Below, in pieces: positions 1-10,262 of a stretch of DNA of 25,473 nucleotides. This stretch comes from a bacterium. GTDB taxonomy: Bacteria; CALINM01. A program made the translations under genes and the position numbers. Within the stretch, counting starts at the first letter, position 1. The number at the start of each line of letters is the position of its first letter. The notes beneath the pieces are model-generated. The model saw only the letters and a list, made by a program, of their open reading frames with translations, did no database searches and was not told where the DNA came from. The DNA lies in the NCBI GenBank assembly GCA_041640455.1, contig JBEQAF010000011.1:1-25473 (forward strand), read 5' to 3'.

Positions 1-2
1 AA

Positions 3-569
3 TCTCTCTCTATTATAGTCTGAGGCGATCAAAATTTCTGATAGCTCATTTACAATATCTTCGCCATCACCAACTACGAAGAGGTCAAAGAAATCTTTAA
101 TCGGCTCAGGATTAAAGCATAAAGCTCCGCCACCAATTATTAAAGGCAGAGATCTCCTATCACGAGCCATTATCTCAATGCCTGAAAGTTCCAGAAATTT
201 TAATACATTGGTCACCGTAAGCTCATAAGGCAGGGTAATGCCGAGAATATGAAAATTATTTGCTGGTCTTTTATTTTCAAGAGAAAGGGGTGAAAGATGC
301 TCTTTTTTCAATATCTGTATTACATGAATATCAGGAAAATAAAATCTTTCACATAGATAGTTGGAATTTTTGTTAAGAATTCCATATAAAAGGCTTATGC
401 CCAGATTGGAAGCGCCAATTTCATAAAGGTCAGGGAATAATAGTCCCCACCTTACCTTTGCATCCTCCCATCTTTTAACTGTAATGTTTAGCTCGGAGCC
501 TATATATCTGGCAGGTTTCTGGCAGTGCTTTAATACCTTTTCACGAAAATTATCATAATAACTATTCAT
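3..569 (-). CDS. TIGR03960-like radical SAM protein, N-terminal part (runs off the left edge; not in ORF track)
   Basis: Manual translation from ATG at 569: MNSYYDNFREKVLKHCQKPARYIGSELN...FPDLYEIGASNLGISLLY...ERFYFPD...LPYELTVTNV...IIGGGALCFNPEPIKDFFDLFVVGDGE, open to the window edge. The KPARY.G.E, FPD.YEIG.S.LG and NPEP...FD....GDGE blocks are typical of this family. The CxxxCxxC motif would lie outside the window. Confidence 0.85.
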   Translation of the reverse strand, partial: MNSYYDNFREKVLKHCQKPARYIGSELNITVKRWEDAKVRWGLLFPDLYEIGASNLGISLLYGILNKNSNYLCERFYFPDIHVIQILKKEHLSPLSLENKRPANNFHILGITLPYELTVTNVLKFLELSGIEIMARDRRSLPLIIGGGALCFNPEPIKDFFDLFVVGDGEDIVNELSEILIASDYNRER

Positions 570-1347
570 TATTTTTTAACTCATAAAAGTAGTGCCAGTT
601 TCTCAGGCAGGTGTGAACCTCTTCTTCGTCGTGCATCTCCATAGTGATCCATCGTAGATTTTTTTCAGGCAGATGGGCAACAAAGTATTTAAAGGGAAAG
701 CTGCCTTCTCCCACAGGGATGTGATCATCCTTAAAACCCATGTTATCATGTATATGAAGAGCCATAAAGTATCTACCCATCTCATTCAACCAGTCTGATA
801 GAGATGTTCTGGCAAATATATTAAAATGACCAGTGTCAAAGCAGTGTCCCAAAAATGGTGAGTCAAAATGTTCAATCAGTTTCTTTAGATTTGAAAAGTC
901 ATGTTCAAAAATATTTTCAACCGCTAAATATATTTTTAGCTCCTCTGCCTTTTTTAAAATGGGTTCCAGATTTCTTGAGATATTTTTGAACCAGCTTTCT
1001 TCCATGCCGTTATATCTAAAAGGATCATAGCCTGGATGAATAACAATCCCTGTTGCATTAAGAATCTTGGCGAATTCGAGGGTTTTAAAAATCCTTTCAT
1101 TAACAATTCTTACTATCTCCTCATCCTGAGCTGAAAGATTTGTATCTAAAAAAGGCGCATGAATGGAGGGGCTAACACCCATGCTTTTAATCTTCCGGGC
1201 TATCTCTTCAAGCTCCCCATAATCAAAATTTTTAAAATCAGGTCCTTCAAAATAAAACTCTGGAGCTATATTTAGCTCATAAATCCTTGGCAGATATTTT
1301 TTTCTCAGTTTGTAAGGAATGTGTACATTATTTTTTACCATAGGCAA
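562..1347 (-). CDS. Sugar phosphate isomerase/epimerase family (xylose isomerase-like TIM barrel, AP endonuclease 2 family) metalloprotein
   Basis: Motifs SIHAPFLD, VIHPG, AVENI, CFDTGH, LHIHDN.G..DDH.PVGEG and TMEMH. The start may be the second Met (1341). Confidence 0.85.
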   Translation of the reverse strand: MPMVKNNVHIPYKLRKKYLPRIYELNIAPEFYFEGPDFKNFDYGELEEIARKIKSMGVSPSIHAPFLDTNLSAQDEEIVRIVNERIFKTLEFAKILNATGIVIHPGYDPFRYNGMEESWFKNISRNLEPILKKAEELKIYLAVENIFEHDFSNLKKLIEHFDSPFLGHCFDTGHFNIFARTSLSDWLNEMGRYFMALHIHDNMGFKDDHIPVGEGSFPFKYFVAHLPEKNLRWITMEMHDEEEVHTCLRNWHYFYELKNNE

Positions 1348-2359
1348 GATCCTCTAATAAAGATAAATGTTCTAAGCTACCGAGGGCAATAAATATATCG
1401 CCCGCTTCGATATGATAGCTGGGTTTGGGGTTAAATTTCATGTTCCCATCAGGCTTTTTTACGGCAATGATTATGGTTCCTGTGGTTTCTCTTATCTGAC
1501 TTTCAACAATAGTTTTGCCAACCAGTGGGGATTCTTTCGAAACCAGAATCTCTTCCATCTTTAAAACGCTTTCTCCCGTCTTGCCGCTAACAGCTATTTC
1601 AATAAAGTCGAGCACACTGGGCTTTAATACTGCAAGAGCCATCCTCTCGCCGCCTATCTTATAGGGAGAGATAACCTGATCAGCACCTGCCTTATACATC
1701 TTCTGCTCTGAAGCCTCTTCAGCCGCACGAGCTATAATGTATAGATTTGGATTTAGCTGTCTGGCAGTAAGAACAATGTATACATTGTCAGCATCGGAAG
1801 ATACTACACTAATAAGCCCCTTTGCCCTTTCCACTCCAGCAAGCAATAGCGTCTCCTCCTTAGAAGAGTCGTCGAGAAGATAAAGATAGTCTTCATTTTC
1901 CAGCTGGTTTTCTATGGCAGTGTTTTTATCTATTACCACAAAAGGTATATTTTCCTTTTTTAGTTTTTTGCAGATATAGCTTCCCATTCTGCCATAGCCG
2001 CAGATAATGTAATGGTTTTTAAGCTTTTCCAGCATCTTTTTTTTCCTCCTGAAAATCCATACCTGTTTTAATTCTCCTTCAACTACTATGGATGTTACAA
2101 CTGAATATCCATATGCAACTGTCGATACACCAAAAAGTATGAGCATGGATGTAAAAAACTTTCCTTCTGGACTCAGCTCTTTTACCTCCCTGAAGCCCAC
2201 TGTTGAGATGGTAATGATTGTCATGTAGAAGCTATCAAGAAGTGCCATGCCTTCAATAATATGAAACCCCACTGTGCCTGTAAAAAATATGGTGATTATA
2301 ATGCCCAGTACAATTTTTAATTTTTTGATGATGAACGTATATTCTTTTGTCATATACAA
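1328..2359 (-). CDS. Two-TM potassium channel with RCK (TrkA-N/TrkA-C) domains, MthK-like
   Basis: Two hydrophobic helices flank the pore segment TISTVGFREV. NAD-binding HYIICGYGRMG and a C-terminal TrkA-C domain follow. Confidence 0.9.
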   Translation of the reverse strand: MYMTKEYTFIIKKLKIVLGIIITIFFTGTVGFHIIEGMALLDSFYMTIITISTVGFREVKELSPEGKFFTSMLILFGVSTVAYGYSVVTSIVVEGELKQVWIFRRKKKMLEKLKNHYIICGYGRMGSYICKKLKKENIPFVVIDKNTAIENQLENEDYLYLLDDSSKEETLLLAGVERAKGLISVVSSDADNVYIVLTARQLNPNLYIIARAAEEASEQKMYKAGADQVISPYKIGGERMALAVLKPSVLDFIEIAVSGKTGESVLKMEEILVSKESPLVGKTIVESQIRETTGTIIIAVKKPDGNMKFNPKPSYHIEAGDIFIALGSLEHLSLLEDLAYGKK

Positions 2360-2434
2360 TCAAATATTTTATACTATTATCAATCTTTAAAGCAATTTGA
2401 ATGAGAAGAAAGCTTATTTTGTAAGGATATTTTG

Positions 2435-2971
2435 GTGAGGGTGATAGCTGGTTATCTTAAAGGTAGAAGATTAAAAAGTCCAGATGGTATAAGACCCGTA
2501 ACAGATCTTATAAAAGAAGCCATTTTTAATATCTTGCAGAATGAAGATTGGCAGAATATAAAAGTGCTGGATCTTTTCGCAGGTTCAGGAAGCCTGGGGA
2601 TAGAGTCCTTAAGCAGAGGTGCTCGCCAGGTGCTATTTATTGATAAAAATCCTGTAAGTAAAGCCATAATAAAGGAGAATCTAAAAAATACAGAGTTTAA
2701 CTATGAGATTTTAACAGGCGATGTGTTTATTCTTTTAAAAAAACTTTTTAAAAAAGGTTCAAAATTTAATATAATTTTCTCAGACCCGCCCTTTGACCTA
2801 TTTTTGGGAGACAGGATTTTAAAAGAGATTGCCTGTTGTGAACTACTGGAAGAAAAGGGATTACTTGTTTTGAGGCTCAGAGATAAGGAAAAGATTCATA
2901 TACCTGGCATATTTGACAGTCATGTAAGAGTTTATGGCGACTCAGTGGTTTATTTTTTAAGGAAATTATAA
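2435..2971 (+). CDS. rsmD: 16S rRNA (guanine(966)-N2)-methyltransferase
   Basis: MRVIAG..KGRRL, IKEAIFNIL, LDLFAGSGSLGIE and DPPF motifs, near coaD. GTG at 2435 is preferred as start (AAGGA upstream). Confidence 0.92.
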   Translation: MRVIAGYLKGRRLKSPDGIRPVTDLIKEAIFNILQNEDWQNIKVLDLFAGSGSLGIESLSRGARQVLFIDKNPVSKAIIKENLKNTEFNYEILTGDVFILLKKLFKKGSKFNIIFSDPPFDLFLGDRILKEIACCELLEEKGLLVLRLRDKEKIHIPGIFDSHVRVYGDSVVYFLRKL

Positions 2972-2972
2972 A

Positions 2973-3413
2973 ATGAAAAGATTAATAGCGCTTTTTTTGC
3001 TGGCTGTTTTTTTAATTTCAGACTTCTCCGCCGCCAGAGAAAGAGATTATGATATAAATCAGGAGGTCAACAGGTTTTTTGACAGCTTCATGGATCTTGT
3101 CAGTTACAACAGGAAAAGAGATTTTTATGACAGATATGTGGACAGAAATGAGTTAAGTTACCATGAGTTTTCAAAAATTTTTGAAGAGTCAGCTGTAAAG
3201 ATTGAAGGGAGTTATAAATCGGAGCTGATCTCCTATCAGAAGAAGGGGAGAGAGGTTGAGCTTATTTTAAAGCTGTCAATTAAACAAGAAAAAGTGCCTG
3301 CGGTGGATTATAAAAGATTGAAAATAATGCTTAAAAGAAAAGATGGTTCGCTGATTATACCGAGAAAGGAGCTTCAGAAAATATTTGTAAAGAAAAGGAG
3401 CAGTAAAAGATGA
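2973..3413 (+). CDS. Hypothetical exported protein
   Basis: 146 aa with a Sec-type signal peptide (MKRLIALFLLAVFLISDFSAA). Starts 1 nt after the rsmD stop and has an ATGA overlap with coaD. Confidence 0.75.
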   Translation: MKRLIALFLLAVFLISDFSAARERDYDINQEVNRFFDSFMDLVSYNRKRDFYDRYVDRNELSYHEFSKIFEESAVKIEGSYKSELISYQKKGREVELILKLSIKQEKVPAVDYKRLKIMLKRKDGSLIIPRKELQKIFVKKRSSKR

Positions 3414-3889
3414 TAGCCATATATCCCGGATCTTTCGATCCCATCACAAACGGGCATATTGATATTATTGAGAGAAGCTGTAAAATATATGAAAAAATTA
3501 TAGTGGGTGTTGCCTATAACTCGGAAAAATCAGGTCTTTTCACACCAGAAGAGCGGGTTAACATAATCAGAGAGATTTTTAAGAACAATCCGCAGGTTGA
3601 GGTTGACCGGTTTAACGGGCTTCTGGTTAATTATGCAAAAGAGAGAGGAATTAAGGTTATAATAAGAGGATTAAGGGCTGTTTCAGATTTTGAATATGAG
3701 TTTCAGATGGCTCTGATGAATAAAAAGCTCTGGAAAGATCTGGAAACCGTCTTTATGATGAGCTCTGAAAAATATATGTATGTAAGCTCAAGGATTGTTA
3801 AGGAGATATACAGTCTGGGAGGCTGTGTAAAAGAACTGGTTCATGAGACTGTAAGAGAACAGCTTGAAAAAAAATTGAGACAAAAATAG
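3410..3889 (+). CDS. coaD: Pantetheine-phosphate adenylyltransferase
   Basis: YPGSFDPITNGHIDII, IIRGLRAVSDFEYE and SSRIVKEI motifs. Confidence 0.97.
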   Translation: MIAIYPGSFDPITNGHIDIIERSCKIYEKIIVGVAYNSEKSGLFTPEERVNIIREIFKNNPQVEVDRFNGLLVNYAKERGIKVIIRGLRAVSDFEYEFQMALMNKKLWKDLETVFMMSSEKYMYVSSRIVKEIYSLGGCVKELVHETVREQLEKKLRQK

Positions 3890-3905
3890 ATAAGAAAGGA
3901 GATTT

Positions 3906-5111
3906 ATGAGAGAGTTTGCTGATAGAGTTAGTAAACTTAATCCATCGCCCACTCTTGCTCTGGATGCCACTATTAAAAAGATGATTAAGGAAGGAATTAA
4001 TGTTATAAGCTTTGGGGTGGGAGAGCCGGACTTTGATACCCCTGAATATATTAAAAGGGCTGGGAAAAAAGCCATTGATGATGGATTGACAAAATATACG
4101 CCCGCAAGCGGTACTGAAGGACTGAAAAAGGCTGTATGTGAATGGTACAGGAGAAACTACCAGGTAAAAATAGACCCCAGCATGGTAGTGGTATCTAATG
4201 GAGCCAAGCATTCACTTTTTAACATTGCTCTTGCAATTATTGATACGGATGAGGAGGTAATAATCCCATCCCCCTATTGGGTTTCATATCCTGAGCAGAT
4301 ATCTCTTCTTGGAGGGAATCCTGTATTTGTAGAGTCCACCATAAAGGATAATTTTAAGGTTAACCAGAAAAAGATTGAAAAAGCCATTACATCAAAAACA
4401 AAAGCTATTCTAATAAACTCTCCCTCTAACCCCACAGGGGCTGTTTATTTTGAGAAGGAGATATTGCAGATACTTGATCTGGGCAGAAAATATGACATTT
4501 ATCTAATATTTGATGAGATATATGACAAGCTGGTTTATGATAGGAGTTTTACTACGGTTCTGAAACTTATTGAAGATGATAAAGAGCTGAAAGAAAGAGT
4601 TATTGTGGTCAATGGAGTTTCAAAGACCTATGCCATGACAGGCTGGAGGATTGGGTATACCATTTCTAATACAAAACTGGCAAAGGTGATGGGAGATATT
4701 CAGAGTCAGACCACCTCAAATCCATCCTCCATATCCCAGAAGGCGGCAGAGATAGCTTTGTTGGAAGAGACAGAAGATCTGAAAAATATGGTAGATCGTT
4801 TTAAAAAAAGAAGAGATCTTATTTATAAACTTCTTTCTGAAATAGCAGATCTTAAGGTGAATAAGCCTGAAGGAAGCTTTTATATTTTTCCAGATTTTTC
4901 AGCTTATATAGGTAGGAGTTATGGTAAGAAAAAGATTGCCAATACCATAGAGCTGGCTGATTATCTGCTACATGAGGCAAAAGTTGGTGTTGTGCCCGGT
5001 GAGGCTTTTGGCGCTTCGGGGTATATGAGGTTTTCCTTTGCCACATCGGAAGAGAATATAGAAAGAGGTATTGGAAATATAAAAAAGGCACTGGAAAAAT
5101 TAAAAGTCTGA
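3906..5111 (+). CDS. PLP-dependent class I aminotransferase (aspartate aminotransferase-like)
   Basis: GEPDFDTP, NSPSNPTG, DEIY and NGVSKTYAMTGWRIGY (PLP lysine). SD AAGGAG upstream. Confidence 0.95.
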   Translation: MREFADRVSKLNPSPTLALDATIKKMIKEGINVISFGVGEPDFDTPEYIKRAGKKAIDDGLTKYTPASGTEGLKKAVCEWYRRNYQVKIDPSMVVVSNGAKHSLFNIALAIIDTDEEVIIPSPYWVSYPEQISLLGGNPVFVESTIKDNFKVNQKKIEKAITSKTKAILINSPSNPTGAVYFEKEILQILDLGRKYDIYLIFDEIYDKLVYDRSFTTVLKLIEDDKELKERVIVVNGVSKTYAMTGWRIGYTISNTKLAKVMGDIQSQTTSNPSSISQKAAEIALLEETEDLKNMVDRFKKRRDLIYKLLSEIADLKVNKPEGSFYIFPDFSAYIGRSYGKKKIANTIELADYLLHEAKVGVVPGEAFGASGYMRFSFATSEENIERGIGNIKKALEKLKV

Positions 5112-5117
5112 CAGTAA

Positions 5118-5912
5118 ATGTCTCTTAAAATAATCTGTGCTTTTATCTTATTGCTTATATGGGCTCCTCTCTATCCCTACGATAAGCTACCTCAGTACAT
5201 TGGAAGATCCTATCTAATTTCTGTGGATGGAAAGGTTATATGGGCTTTTAATCACCGATTAAAGCTTCCACCTGCCAGTCTTACAAAACTAATGACGGCA
5301 TTAATAATTCTGGAAAAAGAAAGTATTGATGAGATTGTGGAAGTTAAGAAAGATTATAACCCGATAAAAGGTTCAAAGATTGGGATTCTGAAAGGTGAAA
5401 AATATTCTGTAAATGATCTGCTTCATGCGATGCTTATGCAGTCAGCCAACGATGCCTGTGTTCTACTTGCTGAATATGTAGCAAGAAGCGAGACTCATTT
5501 TGTTAAGCTTATGAATGAAAGGGGGAAAGAGCTAAGACTTAAAAATACCAGATTTAAAAACCCCTGTGGTCATGATCAGGAAGGGCATTACAGCAGTGCG
5601 GAGGATCTTTATATTCTAACCCAGTATCTATGGCGGAATAAAAAATTTAAAGAGATAGTGTCCACTAAAGAGATAGTTATTTCGCCGCTTAACAGACCTG
5701 ATAGAAAGTTAAGTTTAAAAAATAGTAATGAGCTATTGTTCAGTTACGATGGTGTAGCAGGTGTAAAAACTGGAAATACCTTAAAAGCAGGCGAGTGTCT
5801 TATCCTCTGTCTTGAAAAAGCTGGCAGATCAGTTATGATTGTTATGCTTAATACCCCAAAAAGATTTGAAAAGGCAAAAGAGATACTTGATCTTGTCTTA
5901 AAGTATCATTAA
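5118..5912 (+). CDS. D-alanyl-D-alanine carboxypeptidase (peptidase S11)
   Basis: Signal peptide plus the three PBP motifs PASLTK (SxxK), SAN (SxN) and KTG. Confidence 0.92.
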   Translation: MSLKIICAFILLLIWAPLYPYDKLPQYIGRSYLISVDGKVIWAFNHRLKLPPASLTKLMTALIILEKESIDEIVEVKKDYNPIKGSKIGILKGEKYSVNDLLHAMLMQSANDACVLLAEYVARSETHFVKLMNERGKELRLKNTRFKNPCGHDQEGHYSSAEDLYILTQYLWRNKKFKEIVSTKEIVISPLNRPDRKLSLKNSNELLFSYDGVAGVKTGNTLKAGECLILCLEKAGRSVMIVMLNTPKRFEKAKEILDLVLKYH

Positions 5913-6346
5913 ATCCAGGATTTTCTCCAGCGAAAATAATCTTTAATTATTCTTTTGTGGTCAAAAACTATATTTTCTGGCAGTTCTTTCTCCTTAAATA
6001 TTTTTGCATTTTTTGCATCGTCTCCAGCTAATAATTTATCCCCCCTTGCGGTGGCCACATATACCACAGATGCGGTATGAAATCTTGGATCTCTTGAGGG
6101 ATCTGAATAAACCCCGAAAAGATATAGATTGGCTATCTCAAGATTTGTCTCCTCACGGGCTTCTCTTTTTGCCGCATTCTCTACGGTCTCACCGTAGTCA
6201 ACAAACCCGCCTGGCAGTGCCCAGCCGTAAGGCTCGTTTTTCCTTTCAATAAGAATAATCCCGTCATCTACCTCTATGATAATGTCTACTGTAAGATATG
6301 GGTTTCGGGGTTTAATCTCAGCTCCACATTTATCGCATTTGAACAT
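5909..6346 (-). CDS. Nudix hydrolase (ADP-ribose pyrophosphatase-like)
   Basis: Nudix box [34 protein letters not shown] and an N-terminal CDKC. Confidence 0.92.
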   Translation of the reverse strand: MFKCDKCGAEIKPRNPYLTVDIIIEVDDGIILIERKNEPYGWALPGGFVDYGETVENAAKREAREETNLEIANLYLFGVYSDPSRDPRFHTASVVYVATARGDKLLAGDDAKNAKIFKEKELPENIVFDHKRIIKDYFRWRKSWI

Positions 6347-6358
6347 ATGCTAACCTCT

Positions 6359-7219
6359 TTATTTATTTTTAGGCACTATAAGCACAGGAGATTTTGAATG
6401 TCTCACCGTGTGTCTTGAAGTACTACCCAGAAGAATTCTTGCTGCCAGACCGAAGCCTCTTGTTCCCATCACGACGAGAGTAAAGTTATCTGAATTAATA
6501 AAACTTTCTATTTCTAAGGAAGGTATACCATGAAGTATCTCTCTCTGAGCCGATATACCCAGCTCTTTTTCAATGTCCTCAAGTCTTTTCAGGTCTATGG
6601 CATCAAACGTTGACTGATCAAACTCAATGGGCTGTTCAAGAATTATAGGCTCCTGAACATGCAATAGAGTTAATTTTTTTATAAAACCAATATTCTGTTT
6701 TAAAAAGTTCTTTGCATTTTCGGATTCGGGAGAAAAATCAGTGGCGTATAAAACATTATCAAAGAGGTGAGGTATTTTAATAGCACTGTATCTTGCCTTT
6801 CTTTCTGTGTCAAAATCGCTCATTTTAAGTATCAGCACGGGCAGATCTGCCTGTTCTATCAGCTCCGATGTGACACTTCCTAAAATTACCTCTCTTGCTA
6901 TGCTTTTACCATGTGAGCCTACAACAATGAGTGTGGCTTTATGTTCTCTGGCTGATTCAAGGATCTCTTTCCATGCACTTCCCACCCTTAAATCCAGTTG
7001 AACGTTGAATCCCGCATCAATTAATAGCTCTGACTCTTTGTTCAGAAGTTTCATTGACTCTTCCTGAAAGCCCTGAGGTGGCTGGGTGGTATATTTCAAA
7101 TCTATCACATGGGTAAGTATGATGTTCTGAACATTATAGTTTTTAAGCTCTTTAAGCGCCTCTATCATATAATAGGATGTTGCTGAAAGGTCAGTTGCTA
7201 TAAGTATTTTGCTAAACAT
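6359..7219 (-). CDS. Universal stress protein, two tandem USP domains
   Basis: KILIATDLS...IVVGSHG...LGSVT, repeated as VLYATDFS...VMGTRG...LGSTS. SD AGGAGG upstream. Confidence 0.92.
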   Translation of the reverse strand: MFSKILIATDLSATSYYMIEALKELKNYNVQNIILTHVIDLKYTTQPPQGFQEESMKLLNKESELLIDAGFNVQLDLRVGSAWKEILESAREHKATLIVVGSHGKSIAREVILGSVTSELIEQADLPVLILKMSDFDTERKARYSAIKIPHLFDNVLYATDFSPESENAKNFLKQNIGFIKKLTLLHVQEPIILEQPIEFDQSTFDAIDLKRLEDIEKELGISAQREILHGIPSLEIESFINSDNFTLVVMGTRGFGLAARILLGSTSRHTVRHSKSPVLIVPKNK

Positions 7220-7275
7220 TTTTTCCTCCTTTTTTATTATATTTAAATTAAAACAGAGAAAAAAATTTTTGCAAG

Positions 7276-7929
7276 TTAGCCCAGTCTGGTCAGCTCGATT
7301 ATCCCCTCATTGGAGCCAAGAAGAAGCAGAATATCATTCTCCTGTATAAGATCATCTCCAGAGGGGTTAATAAGCAGGTCTTTATCCCTTCTTATTGCAA
7401 GTATATTAAGATTATAAGATTTTCTTATCTGGAGCTCCTTTAAGCTTTTGCCTATAAAAATTGATGGTGTTTTAATCTCAAATATGCCGTGTTTGGGGGT
7501 AAGCGGGATCTCTTCAAGCACATTTTTTATTAAAAGCGAGTGGGCGACCCTGATAGCCATATCTCTTTCGGGATATACAACCCTTGTAACCCCCATCTTC
7601 TCGAGAAGCTTTCCGTGAAGAGGGGTGACTGCTTTGGCGATTATATTTGTAATTCCTATATCCATTAAAACCATAATTACAATTAGGTTTGCTTCAACGT
7701 TCTGACCGATGCTCACAATAGCCACATCTACGTTTGAAATACCCGCCTCTTTCATTGCCTTCTCATCCATTGCGTCAAGAATATAAGTCTGAGTAACAAA
7801 ATCAGAAATCTCTCTGACGTTCTCCTCTTCCCTATCTATGGCTATCACTTCAGCTCCCAGCTCAGCCAGTGTCTTTGCTACATGAAAACCAAATCTACCC
7901 AAACCTATCACTGCAAAGGTCTTTTTCAT
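7276..7929 (-). CDS. ktrA: Ktr/Trk K+ uptake regulatory RCK subunit
   Basis: FAVIGLGRFG Rossmann motif, VYPERDMAIRVA and a TrkA-C domain. Overlaps the stop of the membrane subunit. Confidence 0.88.
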   Translation of the reverse strand: MKKTFAVIGLGRFGFHVAKTLAELGAEVIAIDREEENVREISDFVTQTYILDAMDEKAMKEAGISNVDVAIVSIGQNVEANLIVIMVLMDIGITNIIAKAVTPLHGKLLEKMGVTRVVYPERDMAIRVAHSLLIKNVLEEIPLTPKHGIFEIKTPSIFIGKSLKELQIRKSYNLNILAIRRDKDLLINPSGDDLIQENDILLLLGSNEGIIELTRLG

Positions 7930-9281
7930 ATAAGTATCCTCGCTTCCGGATATTTTATTCTTGACTCTCTGGGCTTCTTGGATAAGGCAATTACAAAGCT
8001 CAGAAGCCCGATTTTTCCTATAAACATGGTTGACATTATAATGATTTTACCAAGAATAGTAAAGTTAGCCGATAGGCTTAGAACACTACCGTTTCCAACA
8101 GAAAGACCGACTGTAGAGAAGGCTGAGATGACCTCAAATAACGAACGAGTAAAGGTTACATTCTCCAGCTTGCTAATAAAAATTGCCACCAAGGTGATGT
8201 AAATAAAAGCCAGACTGAAAATTACCAGAGCCTTATAAACCTGCTCCACATTTATCTTCCTGTAGTTAAAATTTACATCATGATTTCCTCTGATATAGTT
8301 AACAATGGCTAAAAAAATCACTGTTATGGTTGTGGTCTTTATACCACCGCCTGTTGAGCCAGGAGAAGCGCCTACAAACATCAAGGCTGCCATTATGCTG
8401 AGAGTGGCGTCGGTAAAGGTAGACAGATCTACCGTATTAAATCCAGCAGTTCTTGTTGAAATGCTGTGAAAAATGGCGGCAATAATCCTGTCAAACCAGC
8501 TGAGACTCCATAATCCCCTGTAGTTTGAGTATTCAAATATTATTATTAATGCGGCGCCGAAAAATATAAGATAGAGTGAAGAGAAGCAGGTTATAAGTGA
8601 GTGATTGGAGATCCGTTTTACCTCTTTTCTGAAGAAAAGATAAAAGTCATTTATAACAAAGAATCCTATTCCACCCACTATTATTAAAGATGCGATGGTA
8701 ATATTGATTAACAGATTGTTTTCAAAATCCATCAGGTTGTTAGAAAAAAGAGAGAACCCCGCATTATTAAATGCGGAGATAGAATGGAAGATGCTATATT
8801 TTAAAGCAATGAAGAAACTAAACTTTTTTATAAAACCAATGAATAAAAGCACTGCCCCTATAAACTCAATTATTACAACAAAAATGAGGACTCTTAACAA
8901 AAATTTTATTAACCCGCCCACACCGGGATAATTAAGCGACTCGGCAAGTATAAGCCTATCTTTAAAGCTGATTTTCTGTCTGAAGGTAAGAATAAAAAAT
9001 GTGGTCATTGCCATATATCCAAGACCACCTATATGGATAAGAAAGAGGATAACAAATTTTCCAAAGGCGGTAAAATCCTTTGGTGTTTCCAGAACTATCA
9101 GTCCTGTATCAGTTATAGCAGAAACTGCTGTAAACACTGCATCTGTATAGCTTATGGTCCTTGTGGTTGAGATGGGAAGATATAATATAATAGAGCCAAG
9201 AAAGATAATAAAAAGATAGGAAAGCAGGATAATCCTTGGTGGTGAGGAGGTAATGTCATTAATAAGCTTTCTTATGTTCAT
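7926..9281 (-). CDS. ktrB: Ktr/TrkH-family K+ uptake membrane subunit
   Basis: Four pore-loop motifs (SAITDTG, SAFNNAG, STRTAG, SAFSTVG) and the intramembrane loop GASPGSTGGGIK. Confidence 0.9.
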   Translation of the reverse strand: MNIRKLINDITSSPPRIILLSYLFIIFLGSIILYLPISTTRTISYTDAVFTAVSAITDTGLIVLETPKDFTAFGKFVILFLIHIGGLGYMAMTTFFILTFRQKISFKDRLILAESLNYPGVGGLIKFLLRVLIFVVIIEFIGAVLLFIGFIKKFSFFIALKYSIFHSISAFNNAGFSLFSNNLMDFENNLLINITIASLIIVGGIGFFVINDFYLFFRKEVKRISNHSLITCFSSLYLIFFGAALIIIFEYSNYRGLWSLSWFDRIIAAIFHSISTRTAGFNTVDLSTFTDATLSIMAALMFVGASPGSTGGGIKTTTITVIFLAIVNYIRGNHDVNFNYRKINVEQVYKALVIFSLAFIYITLVAIFISKLENVTFTRSLFEVISAFSTVGLSVGNGSVLSLSANFTILGKIIIMSTMFIGKIGLLSFVIALSKKPRESRIKYPEARILI

Positions 9282-9289
9282 GAAAGTTT

Positions 9290-9317
9290 ATTTTAAATCC
9301 TTTGGTATTTTTTGCAA
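9290..9317 (-). promoter_or_regulatory. Putative sigma70 promoter of ktrB-ktrA
   Basis: Minus strand reads TTGCAA-N16-TAAAAT-N8-ATG. Confidence 0.45.
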
Positions 9318-9359
9318 AGGTTAATTGAAAAAATGATTAAAATGTGCCAGTATAAATTT

Positions 9360-10262
9360 ATGTCAAAGATAGTGGAAGGCATAAATATTGTCAAGAAATA
9401 TAACGGTTTTGAGGCGATTAAGGGGGTGGACTTTTTTTCCTCTGAGGGAGAGATTTTAGGTTTTTTGGGTCCCAATGGCGCAGGAAAGACCACTCTTATA
9501 AAACTGATAACCTGTACATCCAGACTTACAGGCGGAAGTCTAAGAGTTTTTGGTAGAGACGTATCAAAGGAATGTAAATACATTAAAGCCCGTATAGGAG
9601 TAGTGCCGCAGGATAATAACTTAGACCCGGATTTTTCTGTTTATGAGAATCTTTTAGTCTATTCAAGATATTTTTTTATAAAAAAAAACGAAGCCCGAAA
9701 AATAATAGATGAGCTGCTAAAATTTATCGATCTTGAAGATAAAAGAAATGTTAATGTGTCTGACCTGTCTGGAGGCATGAAAAGGAGGCTTATTATAGGA
9801 AGAAGCCTTATAAATAATCCCGAGCTAATAATACTTGATGAGCCAACCACCGGGCTCGATCCACAGGCAAGAAGACATATCTGGGAAAAGGTACTGGAGC
9901 TTAAAAAATCAGGAAAAACCATAATTTTAACTACCCATTATATGGAAGAGGCTGAAAACCTCTGCGATCGCATATACATTATGGACATGGGAAAGATAAT
10001 AGCAGAGGGGAATCCAAAAAGCCTAATAGAAGAACATATTGGGATGGAGACCGTTGAGATATACAATTGTAATGATAGTATTATCTCTCAGATAAGCGGG
10101 AAGAAGACCTATTACAAAGATAGGGTATATATTCATTCAAAGGATAAAAAAGAGATTCTCGAAAGGCTTGTAAATCTATGTAATGAGGCTAAATTTGTTG
10201 TCAGACCATCAAATCTTGAAGACCTTTTTATTTATCTCACCGGAAAGGAGCTGAGAGAGTAG
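9360..10262 (+). CDS. ABC exporter ATP-binding subunit (NodI/DrrA-like)
   Basis: Walker A GPNGAGKTT, signature LSGGM, Walker B ILDEPTTGLDP and H-loop TTHYMEEAE. ATG at 9360 is preferred over the TTG at 9312. Confidence 0.92.
   Translation: MSKIVEGINIVKKYNGFEAIKGVDFFSSEGEILGFLGPNGAGKTTLIKLITCTSRLTGGSLRVFGRDVSKECKYIKARIGVVPQDNNLDPDFSVYENLLVYSRYFFIKKNEARKIIDELLKFIDLEDKRNVNVSDLSGGMKRRLIIGRSLINNPELIILDEPTTGLDPQARRHIWEKVLELKKSGKTIILTTHYMEEAENLCDRIYIMDMGKIIAEGNPKSLIEEHIGMETVEIYNCNDSIISQISGKKTYYKDRVYIHSKDKKEILERLVNLCNEAKFVVRPSNLEDLFIYLTGKELRE

Noticed and set aside
2180..2215. Non-canonical K+ filter TVGFR instead of TVGYG
   Set aside because: TVGF-R/G-E variants are common in this RCK-channel family, so it is not unusual.
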